From Limnochordia bacterium (lineage in GTDB: Bacteria > Bacillota > Limnochordia > DTU080): a stretch of DNA of 64,000 nt. Location of the stretch: assembly GCA_050951545.1 (NCBI GenBank), contig JBMNJG010000011.1, positions 331,838-395,837 of the forward strand, given 5' to 3'. Below the pieces are notes generated by a model. That model did not search any database and was not told the origin of the DNA. It saw nothing but the letters and a program-made list of their open reading frames with translations. The position numbers were made by a program, and so were the translations under genes. Shown here piece after piece: positions 1 to 12,972 of the stretch; within the stretch, counting starts at the first letter, position 1; each line of letters opens with the position of its first letter.

Positions 1-152
1 TGCTTTCACTATGCAGTGGAGCTCGTGGAGCAGGCGGTACAGATACGGCTAGACGAAACATCTCCACCCTCTTTCGACCCGGACATCGTATATGCTGAGC
101 AGCCCGCGCAAGACGAGCCGTCATCCACAGGAAGAGTAGGGCGCTAGTAGTC

Positions 153-1274
153 ATGTGTCATCGTCGCTGGGCACTAATGGTGGTTTCATTGGTCTTTCTT
201 CTTTGCGCACAGGTGGGCCACAGTGCTTCGTTGACCCGCGTAGCACCTCCGCCGCTCCCGAAGCCCAACCCTTCTTCGAGCCCTTCGCAGGGGGCTAGTG
301 CAGAGAACTCTGGAGTGGCCATGGCAGCACCTGCGTCAGGTCGCTCCTCGGCAGGCCCTCCTCCTTCACCGCAGCTGTCAGCTGCGGCGGCCGTGCTGAT
401 GGAGGCGGAAACTGGCTCTGTTCTCTATGCCCTCAACCCGCATGTGCGCCGCGCACCTGCGAGTCTGACCAAGATTGTCACCGGATTGGTTGCCATAGAC
501 AAGGGTGATCTGAACTCCACGGTGGCAGTCACTGCCCATGCAGCAAGCAAACCGCCGACGAAGCTGGGCTTGCGCGCAGGTGATCGCATCCGTCTGTCGG
601 ACCTGCTTGCGGCGGCCCTGATGGGCAGCAGCAATGACGCAGCCACGGCTATCGCGGAGCACGTGGGTGGATCGGAAGCTGCATTCGCTCGGACTATGAC
701 CACCATGGCCCGCAAGCTAGGAGCTCGCAACAGCAGTTTTGCTAACGCCCATGGTCTAGATTCGTCCAAGCACTATAGCACTGCCTACGATATGGCGGTT
801 CTCTCGGGCTGGGCACTGCGAGTGCCCGAGATCGCTCGTCTGGCTTCGCTGCAGAGAGTAAATCTCTCGTGGCAGGGAGGGCAGCGGGAGCTATCTAACA
901 TCAACTCGTTCCTATGGCGCTACAGCGGGGCCGTGGGGCTCAAGACAGGATACACGAGTTCAGCTGGGTACTGTGTGTCTGTAGCTGCTCAGCAAGGCAA
1001 GCACAGGCTGATCGGTGTCGTTATGGGTTGTCCCAGCAGCGAAGCGCGCTGGAACGACGCTGTCGTGCTGATGGACTACGGTTTCGATCATTTCAATGAA
1101 CTGATGACTGCTGCGAGAAAGTCCGAGACCTTCTATGTTGTGCAAAGGGGCGAAACGCTCTCGGGGATCGCGGCACGTTTTGGCACCACCGTGGATGTTC
1201 TTCTCAAACTCAACTCCAGCTTAAGGGGGAATGCCAATCTCATCAAGGTCGGGCAACAGCTGATAGTGCCATGA
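153..1274 (+). CDS. D-alanyl-D-alanine carboxypeptidase (peptidase S11) with Pro/Ser linker and C-terminal LysM domain
   Basis: Signal peptide; APASLTK (SxxK), SSNDAA (SxN), KTGYT motifs; C-terminal YVVQRGETLSGIAARFGTTVDVLLKLN...IKVGQQLIVP is a LysM domain. Confidence 0.9.
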   Translation: MCHRRWALMVVSLVFLLCAQVGHSASLTRVAPPPLPKPNPSSSPSQGASAENSGVAMAAPASGRSSAGPPPSPQLSAAAAVLMEAETGSVLYALNPHVRRAPASLTKIVTGLVAIDKGDLNSTVAVTAHAASKPPTKLGLRAGDRIRLSDLLAAALMGSSNDAATAIAEHVGGSEAAFARTMTTMARKLGARNSSFANAHGLDSSKHYSTAYDMAVLSGWALRVPEIARLASLQRVNLSWQGGQRELSNINSFLWRYSGAVGLKTGYTSSAGYCVSVAAQQGKHRLIGVVMGCPSSEARWNDAVVLMDYGFDHFNELMTAARKSETFYVVQRGETLSGIAARFGTTVDVLLKLNSSLRGNANLIKVGQQLIVP

Positions 1275-1403
1275 GGCCTGAACGCCAGGCGACCGACACA
1301 TGGAGTCAGGGAAGCCCTCTTGCGTGAGCGCAGGTGGTTAAGAAGGAGAAGGCGGAGTCGCAGAGAAGAATCAAGCCAGTGAATTGACAGAAGGGAAGTT
1401 GAG

Positions 1404-2768
1404 ATGGACGAGGCCAGCAGTACGTGGCAGCTAATGGCTGCTGCAGGGTTTGTCGTTGTGAACGCGTTCTTCGTTGCTTCGGAGTACGCCATGGTGAAAG
1501 TGCAACCCGCGAGGTTGCGTGAGCTTGCTAGCTCGGGCAACCGCCGGGCCGCAGTTGCGTTGCATATCACGGAGCGTCTTGGAACCACCATACCCACTAC
1601 TCAGCTCGGCATCACAGTATCTTCCATTGCCTTAGGCTGGATCGGTGTGCCAGCACTGGCTCGAATTCTCGCTGCTCCATTCTCCTTTCTAGGCGGAGGC
1701 TTGTTCCTGGTACGCATTCTGTCAGGCATCATAGGTTTTCTGACGGTAAGCTTCTTGCACACCGTGCTCGGTGAGCTAGCTCCGAAGGCGATCTCCGTTC
1801 AGAGGGCAGAGGCGGTGGCGCTTTGGTGTGCTATCCCCCTCAACGCCTTCTGTCAGGTCAGTGCTCCTTTCAGCTGGCTGTTAAACCGATCGGCTGAGTG
1901 CTTGCTTGGGACTCTGGGTTTGCGTCCGCCCAGTGAGTTGGCCACTGTGGCCCACTCCGAAGAGGAAATCCGGATGATTGTCTCCTCAAGCCAAGAACAG
2001 GGAATCCTAGAAGAGCACGAGGTGGAACTGGTCGAGAACATCCTCGACTACACGGATCGTGTGGCGCGTGAGATCATGACGCCGCGCAACGATGTCCGCG
2101 TGCTATTCACCGACCAAAGCCTGGATGAGGCGATAGACATTATCCTGAGAGAGGGCTATGCTCGCTATCCGTTGTGTCGTGACGAGCGCGACCACGTGAT
2201 AGGGGTAATCCATATGCGCGACATGTTCGCTGCGCACCTAGCCAAGCAAGAGAAGGAACTGGAGGAGATCGCCCGCGAGCCCCTGATCATTCCGGAGACG
2301 CTCCCCCTCAATCAGGTGCAGCAACGATTTCAGTTGTCCGGAACCCAGATGGCCGTGGTCTTGGATGAGTACGGGGCTTTTTCAGGGATAGTCACTTTCG
2401 AGGATCTTGTCGAAGAGGTCTTTGGGGAGTTCCGTGATGAGTTCGATCATGTCGAGCCCGAGACGGTTTTGGCCATGGAGGATGGCCTCGAGCTAGACGC
2501 TGGCATGTTGGTGGAAGAGGCCTTTGAGGTGCTTGGGGTGGAAGGTCATGTTGAGTTTGAGGGCGTGGATACCGTCGGCGGGCTTGTCTTTAGCTTGCTG
2601 GGTGAGCGCCCTGAGGTAGGTGATGTGGTTACGGTTGACGGTCACCAGCTGAAGGTGGCGGCGGTCGAGGGATTACGCATCACGCGAGTAAAGGCCACGC
2701 CAACTCTCGAGGCTGGCAAGCTACCTGAAGCAGGGACTCACCCAGCGCGAGGCGTAGTAGCCTCCTAG
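1404..2768 (+). CDS. Hemolysin/CNNM family protein (DUF21 + CBS pair + CorC_HlyC)
   Basis: NAFFVASEYA, QLGIT, HTVLGELAPK, AREIMTPR, VLDEYG...GIVTFEDLVEEVFGE, DTVGGLV. Confidence 0.9.
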   Translation: MDEASSTWQLMAAAGFVVVNAFFVASEYAMVKVQPARLRELASSGNRRAAVALHITERLGTTIPTTQLGITVSSIALGWIGVPALARILAAPFSFLGGGLFLVRILSGIIGFLTVSFLHTVLGELAPKAISVQRAEAVALWCAIPLNAFCQVSAPFSWLLNRSAECLLGTLGLRPPSELATVAHSEEEIRMIVSSSQEQGILEEHEVELVENILDYTDRVAREIMTPRNDVRVLFTDQSLDEAIDIILREGYARYPLCRDERDHVIGVIHMRDMFAAHLAKQEKELEEIAREPLIIPETLPLNQVQQRFQLSGTQMAVVLDEYGAFSGIVTFEDLVEEVFGEFRDEFDHVEPETVLAMEDGLELDAGMLVEEAFEVLGVEGHVEFEGVDTVGGLVFSLLGERPEVGDVVTVDGHQLKVAAVEGLRITRVKATPTLEAGKLPEAGTHPARGVVAS

Positions 2769-2782
2769 AGGGAGTGTAGCCT

Positions 2783-5007
2783 GTGCAGTGGCTTCAGGAT
2801 TTGAATGAAGCGCAGAAGCGGGCCGTCACATATGGTGACGGCCCTTTACTGGTAATCGCCGGAGCTGGAACCGGGAAAACGAGGGTGCTCACCTACCGCA
2901 TTGCCTATCTGCTGCGTGAGAAGGGAGTCGCCCCTTCGCACATCTTGGCTGTGACCTTCACAAATAAGGCTGCCGCTGAGATGAAGGAGCGACTGCTGCA
3001 ATTGGTAGGGCCTGTTGCTCATCAGGTGTGGGCGGGTACTTTCCACTCTGCTTGCGTGCAGATTTTGCGTCGTCATGCGGAGATGATTGGTTACTCGAAT
3101 CGGTTTAGCATATCCGACACCTCTGACCAAATAGCAGCTGTACGCCAGACGCTGAAAGAGCTGGATATGGATGCCAAGAAGTTCGACCCTCGCGCGGTGC
3201 TTAGCGCGATCAGTGCTGCTAAGAATGAGCTACTCGATGCGGAGGATTATGCCGATCGAGCGCATGACTTTTGGGAACAGAACGTCGCTCGCGTCTATCC
3301 AGTGTACCAGCAGAAGCTGGAAAGCAGCGACAGCATGGATTTTGACGATCTGATCATGCACACGGTGAGTTTGTTTGAGTGTCAGCCAGACGTACTTGAG
3401 CTCTATAGGGAGCGGCTGCACTACATTCTCGTGGATGAGTACCAAGACACCAACCATGCTCAGTATCGTCTGGTGAGACTCTTGGCTGGTGAGAACGGCA
3501 ATCTGTGCGTGGTGGGCGATGCGGATCAGTCAATTTACCGTTTTCGCGGGGCCGATATTCGCAACATCCTCTCTTTCTCGACCGATTACCCCACAGCCAA
3601 GATGGTGAAGCTCGAGAAGAACTACCGTTCCACTCGGAATATTCTTGATGCCGCTAACCATCTGATCAGCAACAACCTGGATAGGCCAGAGAAGAACCTC
3701 TATACCGATAATCCGGAGGGCGACCCCGTCTTCGTGCATCAGGTTGGGGACGGGCGCGATGAGGCGGCCTTTGTTGCTGATGAGATTGCTCGATGGCAGC
3801 GCAGTGGTCGGAGCCTAAACACGGTAGCGATCTTGTACCGCACACATGCGCAATCCCGTGGTTTCGAAGAGGAATTCGTGAAGAGGAACATGCCCTACCA
3901 TATCGTTTCGGGTGTCCGCTTTTACGAACGTAGGGAGATCAAGGATATCCTGGCCTATCTGAGGGTGATGGCTAATCCTGGCGACAATCTCAGCCTTCGG
4001 CGGATTCTCAACGTTCCGAAGCGAGGCCTAGGTGACATCACGCAGGCGCGCCTGGATGATTTCGCGGCGAGGGAGGGGGTATCGCTCTATGAGGCCCTTG
4101 GACGGGCACAAGAGATAGAGCGAATCGGTGCGGCCACGCTGAACAAGGTGCTTGATTTGCGTCGGCTACTGGACAGACTCCTTCTTCTTCGCGAGGAGCA
4201 AAGCCTCACCGAACTGACGACGTCTATTCTGTGGGAGAGCGGCTACATACAGCAGCTACAGGCTGAGCGTACCCTCGAGTCTCAGGGTCGGCTAGAGAAC
4301 CTGCAGGAGTTTCTGTCAGTGACGAAGCAGGCTGAGGAAGAGCAGTCCTCGTTGCACGAGGATGCCTCAGAGCATGACATCCTCCTTGGTTTCTTGGAGA
4401 AAGTGGCCCTTATCTCCGATGTGGACGCTTACGAGGCGGCGAGTGACGCGGTCACCATGATGACGTTGCACGCGGCAAAGGGTCTGGAGTTTCCAGTTGT
4501 CTTTATGGTAGGCATGGAGGAGGGTGTTTTTCCTCATAGCCGTGCGCTGACGGAATCGGGGGAGATGGAAGAGGAGCGCCGTCTGGCGTATGTCGGCATG
4601 ACACGAGCGCAGGAACGTCTCTATCTCACCCATGCCAATGAACGTATGCTATATGGTCAGACCAAGCCCATGCTAGTGTCCCCTTTCGTAAAGGAGATTC
4701 CTGTCGAGCTAATTCGCGATCTCAGCAAGCGCCCAGACCGAGAGTTGGCTGCCGCGCACGAGCGGTTGCGTCGTGCGGGATTGGCGCAACCTGTGCCAGC
4801 TCGGTCTAGGCGGGAGAAGCGGGCAAGTGTCTCTCCAGGTGTCTCCCCGTCGCTGTTTGCTCTGGGTGAGCATGTGCTGCACAAGCATTTCGGTCAAGGC
4901 ACCGTGGTTCAGGTCGAAGCGAGCAGCAATGATGTGGTCGTCACAGTGGCTTTTGAAGGTGCAGGCGTGAAGAAGCTCATGGCCAGTATGGCGCAGCTGC
5001 AGAAGGT

Positions 5008-5011
<4 letters not shown>
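2783..5011 (+). CDS. pcrA: ATP-dependent DNA helicase PcrA
   Basis: AGAGTGKT, VTFTNKAA, VDEYQDTN, NYRST, TLHAAKGLEF, EEERRLAYVGMTRA, C-terminal Tudor-like HKHFGQG. Confidence 0.97.
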
Positions 5012-8373
<3,362 letters not shown>

Positions 8374-8426
8374 GCCCGCACCGTGTAGACCGACGAACAA
8401 CAGGGTTCTTGTGGAGGGCTACCAAA

Positions 8427-8720
8427 ATGCAGGCGATTACATCCAAGGACATAGAGCATGTCGCACGGCTGGCGCGCCTTGGTCTGACGAAGGCTGAGGC
8501 CGAGGAGTATGCGGCGAAGTTGGCGAGTGTTCTGGTGTTTAGGGACAAGCTGGCCACATGCGAAACGCAGGACGTGGCGCCAACGTTTTATGCAGTGTCT
8601 GGCGAGAATGAGATGAGGGCAGACCAATGCCAGTCGTCTATGCCCCAAGAGCTGGTCTTGAAGCACGCGCCTGACCGATATGAGGACTTCTTCCGCGTGC
8701 CGCGCATGTTGGAGGATTAG
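8427..8720 (+). CDS. gatC: Asp/Glu-tRNA amidotransferase subunit C
   Basis: IEHVARLARL, MRAD, AP...FFRVPR; directly upstream of gatA-gatB. Confidence 0.9.
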   Translation: MQAITSKDIEHVARLARLGLTKAEAEEYAAKLASVLVFRDKLATCETQDVAPTFYAVSGENEMRADQCQSSMPQELVLKHAPDRYEDFFRVPRMLED

Positions 8721-8737
8721 AGATGGGGGAATGCGGT

Positions 8738-10210
8738 GTGGAACTCTGTGATAGGCCCGCCCATGTGTTGCAGGCGTTGCTAGCGCGGCGAGAGGTAAGC
8801 GCGGCTGAGGTAACGCAGTCGGTCTTTTCGCGTATGGCATCCGATGAGGAGGCGCTACACTGTTACCTCGCGGTTGATCAGGATCGGGCACTAGCCTCTG
8901 CGAGAGAGATCGATCGACGGCGGCTGGCTGGCGAAGAGCTCTCCATGCTGGCGGGTATTCCGGTGGCCATCGCCGACAACATATGCACAAGGGAGCTGGC
9001 AACAACATGTGCTTCACGCATGTTGAAGGGATTTGTGCCACCGTATGATGCGACAGTCGTACACCGTTTGCGGCAGGCCGGGTTGCCAGTTTTGGGCAAG
9101 ACCAACATGGATGAGTTTGGTTGGGGCTGCTCTACAGAGGGATCGACTTGGGGACCCACGCGACATCCGTGGGACAAGTCGTGTCTCCCTGGTGGAGCAC
9201 ACGGCGGCGCAGCGGCCGCCGTGGCGAGTGGTGAGGCGGTGCTCGCTCTGGCGAGTGATACAGGCGGATCGTTACGCCAGCCAGCTGCACTATGCGGGGT
9301 GGTAGGGCTTAGGCCCACCTATGGGCGTGTTTCGCGCTATGGGTTAGTGGCCACCGCTTCCTCTCTTGACCAGGTAGGGCCCATCACTCGTGATGTGCGA
9401 GACTGTGCTTTGATGCTGAACGTGTTGGCTGGGGCAGACCCCTTGGATCCCACGTCGCAAGGCGAGGATGTACCCGATTTTGCGCGTGCTCTGGAGGCTG
9501 GCGTTCGGGGGTTGGTGGTCGGGTTGCCACGGGAGTACTTCGGTGAGGGTGTCGATTCGCAAGTCGCGGCGCTGGTTCTTCAGGCAGCGAGGCAGCTTGA
9601 GAACTGTGGTGCTCGTCTAGAAGAGGTCACGCTGCCAGCGCCCGAGGAAGCCCTAGCCGCCTACGGAGTGATTCTTGCCGCCGAGTTCAGCTCAAGTCTG
9701 GCGCGCTTTGATGGGGTTCGCTATGGACACCGTAGCCCAAAGGCGCCCGACAGCTTCAGTATGTTTAGTAACACCCGCGCAGAGGCCTTTGGGCCGGGGG
9801 TAAAGCAGGCTATCCTTATGGGTACCTATGTCTTGTCAGCTGGGCAGTATGAGAGCTACTACCTCAAGGCGGCCCAGGTTCGCACACTGATCATGAGGGC
9901 ATTCACCGCAGCTTTCAATCATTGCGACTTGCTTCTCACGCCGACTTCACCGACAGTTGCCTGTAGGGAAAACAGAGCGACGGATGATCTGTACCACATG
10001 CATCGACCACACTCTTGCACGCTGGCAGCCACCCTGGCCGGATTGCCAGCAATCAGCCTTCCGTGCGGTGTAGTAGAGGGCTTGCCAGTGGGGCTTCAGT
10101 TGGTCGGTCCACGTCTGCACGAAGAGCGCCTGTTCGCTGCTGCCTACGCCTTTGAGCAGACGGCCGGAATAGCGCCTCTGTACCCGGAAGGGAGGTCTTC
10201 TCGTGGATGA
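8738..10210 (+). CDS. gatA: Asp/Glu-tRNA amidotransferase subunit A with degenerate glutaminase active site
   Basis: Amidase signature (GKTNMDEF, SDTGGSLRQPAALCG, PTYGRVSRYG, LARFDGVRYG, GTYVLSAG) between gatC and gatB; IKDN is IADN and GGSSGG is GGAHGG (see findings); GTG 8738 chosen as start, ORF open from 8723. Confidence 0.93.
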   Translation: MELCDRPAHVLQALLARREVSAAEVTQSVFSRMASDEEALHCYLAVDQDRALASAREIDRRRLAGEELSMLAGIPVAIADNICTRELATTCASRMLKGFVPPYDATVVHRLRQAGLPVLGKTNMDEFGWGCSTEGSTWGPTRHPWDKSCLPGGAHGGAAAAVASGEAVLALASDTGGSLRQPAALCGVVGLRPTYGRVSRYGLVATASSLDQVGPITRDVRDCALMLNVLAGADPLDPTSQGEDVPDFARALEAGVRGLVVGLPREYFGEGVDSQVAALVLQAARQLENCGARLEEVTLPAPEEALAAYGVILAAEFSSSLARFDGVRYGHRSPKAPDSFSMFSNTRAEAFGPGVKQAILMGTYVLSAGQYESYYLKAAQVRTLIMRAFTAAFNHCDLLLTPTSPTVACRENRATDDLYHMHRPHSCTLAATLAGLPAISLPCGVVEGLPVGLQLVGPRLHEERLFAAAYAFEQTAGIAPLYPEGRSSRG

Positions 10211-11690
10211 TACACCGTTTGAGGTGATCGTGGGTCTCGAAGTTCACGCAGAACTGCTTACAGAGTCAAAGATATTCTGCGGTTGTTCGACGGCCTTTGG
10301 AGCCACGCCAAATACGCAGGTATGCCCTGTTTGCTTGGGCCTGCCAGGTACGTTACCAGTGCTCAACGAAAAGGCCGTTGAGTATGCCGCGAAAGCAGGT
10401 CTGGCTCTGGGGTGTGCCATTTCCTTGGTCAGCCGGTTCGATCGTAAGCAGTATTTCTATCCGGACCTTCCCAAGGCTTACCAGGTCTCGCAGTTTGATC
10501 GTCCCCTGTGTACAGACGGACGCGTGGAGTTCATGCTTGGCGGTGAGCTGCATGTAGTCAGGATCATGCGGGTGCATATGGAAGAAGAGGCTGGTAAGTC
10601 TGTCCACTCCAGCGATAGCTTGCGCGACTCGCAGTACTCGCTTATCGACTACAATCGTGGTGGACTAGCACTCATTGAGATCGTCACCCACCCCGACATG
10701 CATTCGGGTGACGAAGCCAGGCTCTTTATGGAGCGCCTGCACACTCTGCTGCGCTATATCGAGGTGTCAGATTGCAGGATGCAGGAAGGATCTCTGCGTT
10801 GCGATGCCAATGTCAACCTGAAGATCCTCTCCGGAGAGCAACCGATTCGTACCCCTATTGTGGAGATCAAGAATCTGAACTCCTTAAGAGCCTTGGAGCG
10901 AGCGATTGACTACGAGGCGCAGCGTCAGTACCATGAGTACCTTGATGGTTCGTGGCACCCCGGCATGCCATCTGGGAAGGTGACGGCGGGGTGGAATGAT
11001 ATCGAGAGTCGCACCTATGTGCAGCGTGAGAAAGAACACGCCGACGATTACCGTTACTTCCCTGACCCTGATATTCTACCGGTCGTAGTGCGCGAAGGGC
11101 AGGTAGAGGCGTGGCGCAGGCAGCTGCCCGAGCTGCCTGCAGCGCGCGAAGCTCGTTTCATAAGTGAGTATGACCTTCCCGCATATGATGCTGCAGTGCT
11201 TACAGCCTCTCGTCCCATCGCTGACTTCTTTGAGGCAGTGGTCGAGCAGTGTCATGACAGCAAGATGGTCAGTAACTGGATCATGGGCGAGTTGCTTCGG
11301 TTGCTCAAGGAGGCGGAAGACGACTCGGAGCATGCTCTTCTCTCGGCCCCCATCACCGCTGCAGGCTTGGCGCAGTTGCTGCTCATGGTCAAGGAGGGGC
11401 GCATTAACGCCAACAGCGGTAAAGAGGTCTTAGAGGTCATGTACCGCACTGGTCGTACGGCTGAGGACATTGTGCATGAACGTGGCCTAGAACAGATTAG
11501 CGACACCGATAAGCTAGATCGCTTAGTCGCAGAGGTCATCGACAAGCATCCTGAGGTGGTAACTGAGATCAAGGGCGGGAAGGTAACGGCTATCGGCTTT
11601 CTCGTGGGTCAGGTGATGAAGGCGACCCGTGGTCAGGCCAATCCAAAATTGGTCAATCAGTCGTTGCGGGACCGACTGGGCGTGGATTAG
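10203..11690 (+). CDS. gatB: Asp/Glu-tRNA amidotransferase subunit B
   Basis: GLEVHAEL, CPVCLGLPG, YFYPDLPKAYQ, HMEE, EGSLRCDAN, EIKNLNS, DYRYFPDPD, YqeY tail GQVMKATRGQANP. Confidence 0.97.
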   Translation: MDDTPFEVIVGLEVHAELLTESKIFCGCSTAFGATPNTQVCPVCLGLPGTLPVLNEKAVEYAAKAGLALGCAISLVSRFDRKQYFYPDLPKAYQVSQFDRPLCTDGRVEFMLGGELHVVRIMRVHMEEEAGKSVHSSDSLRDSQYSLIDYNRGGLALIEIVTHPDMHSGDEARLFMERLHTLLRYIEVSDCRMQEGSLRCDANVNLKILSGEQPIRTPIVEIKNLNSLRALERAIDYEAQRQYHEYLDGSWHPGMPSGKVTAGWNDIESRTYVQREKEHADDYRYFPDPDILPVVVREGQVEAWRRQLPELPAAREARFISEYDLPAYDAAVLTASRPIADFFEAVVEQCHDSKMVSNWIMGELLRLLKEAEDDSEHALLSAPITAAGLAQLLLMVKEGRINANSGKEVLEVMYRTGRTAEDIVHERGLEQISDTDKLDRLVAEVIDKHPEVVTEIKGGKVTAIGFLVGQVMKATRGQANPKLVNQSLRDRLGVD

Positions 11691-11700
11691 GAGCTGGGGA

Positions 11701-12558
11701 ATGTATGGCGAGCTACTGCGGATAGGGCCCATTGCCCTCTATAAGTATGGGACCGCGTTGGCCGCGGCTTTTCTGGTTGGCGCATGTTTGGCGATGTCGG
11801 AGGCTCGGCGCCGCAGGCTGGACACGACAGTCATCGTTGAGCTAGTGGTGCATCTGATGGTGTTGGGCCTGATTAGCGGTAGAGTGGGCTACATCCTCCC
11901 AGACTTGGGTTTTTACCTAACCCATCCGAGTGAGTTTTTCAGGGTGTCGGCCGGTGGGCTGAGCTATGTTACCGCGTTTGTGGTGGCTGTTGGCTACACT
12001 CGTTTCTACGCGAAGCGTCGTGGGCTGCGTTTCTGGGAGCTGCTAGATATATTGGCTCCGGGTCTAGCCGCCGGGCTGATCATTGGGTCGCTAGGAGCCG
12101 TGGAGTGGCAGCCGGCGAAAGGCGCCGTGCATCTAGGCCCTATCTACTGGTCGCCACCGGTACTGCTCTTTTTCACCATCGAATACGCTGGGTGTTGGTA
12201 CATCATGGCGTCGCGACGTCGTCTGCCCGAAGGGCGACGCTTCTGCCAGATTGTGGCCGTGGATGCTCTGGCTCGGATGCTGAGTAGTCTATGGGCCTGG
12301 ATCCTCTATGAAGAGTTCTTGCCGCACGCTTTGTCGACGCTTGTGGGCGCGGTGTTTCTTGTTGGGGCGTTGGTGTTCGGGCAGATGCTCACCTTTCACC
12401 ACAGCGGGTTACTGGAGAGTGCGGCGGCAGGTGAGATGACGCAGGCGCGGCGACCCCGCAAGCGGAGGCTGCCCGCGCGTCAGCGCGCAGTGCTTGCCGC
12501 CACTTGGCTAGGCTTTTATCTGCTTTTGGTCGGCTTGCTAGGTCGGACGCCGATGTAG
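11701..12558 (+). CDS. Lgt (prolipoprotein diacylglyceryl transferase)-like membrane protein, catalytic motifs degenerate
   Basis: N-terminal IGPIALYKYG, GRVGY, GGLS, LDILAP layout matches Lgt; H103 and R143/N146 signature absent; ATG 11701 after GGAG/GGGGA. Confidence 0.7.
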   Translation: MYGELLRIGPIALYKYGTALAAAFLVGACLAMSEARRRRLDTTVIVELVVHLMVLGLISGRVGYILPDLGFYLTHPSEFFRVSAGGLSYVTAFVVAVGYTRFYAKRRGLRFWELLDILAPGLAAGLIIGSLGAVEWQPAKGAVHLGPIYWSPPVLLFFTIEYAGCWYIMASRRRLPEGRRFCQIVAVDALARMLSSLWAWILYEEFLPHALSTLVGAVFLVGALVFGQMLTFHHSGLLESAAAGEMTQARRPRKRRLPARQRAVLAATWLGFYLLLVGLLGRTPM

Positions 12559-12625
12559 ATGCCAGCCCAGCTGCTTGGGGGCCACGCAAGAAACTGCGGC
12601 AATCTTCCTGCGGTCGCTTGGGTTG

Positions 12626-12748
12626 GTGGTAAGAACCTAGCGATGCGGTCTTCGCGAAGCCCTTTTTGCTCATTTTGGTCGCCCGAAGGGCTTTTTTCAC
12701 CGCCTAAGGGCACACTTTCCCGCCTTGATTTCGCTTCTGGGGCTACCG
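12626..12748. repeat. Partial, diverged copy of the 406-bp repeat unit
   Basis: agcgatgcggtcttcgcgaagccctttttgctcattttggtcgcccgaagggc...ttctggggctacc matches the unit segment starting at 13111; offset 472 bp. Confidence 0.85.
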
Positions 12749-12972
12749 TGGATACGCTTCACTTCGGCCCTACCAAAATGGCCTAGAAAGCTCACGGTAA
12801 GCTAGGCCGGTAAAACAGCGCGCTCACCAAAAACCTGCCATCGATCCAGGCCCCAAGCTGCGGGCCATGGATTCTGATGGACAACTCCTCCATGAGTTGC
12901 CCACAGACTCCACAGCCCCGACCAAAGACATCCATTGATTCATTTATTCGTTGTTTCTGGCTGTTATCTAGT

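Noticed and set aside
121-129. DnaA-box-like TCATCCACA
   Set aside because: Single mismatched copy, no cluster or AT-rich unwinding element
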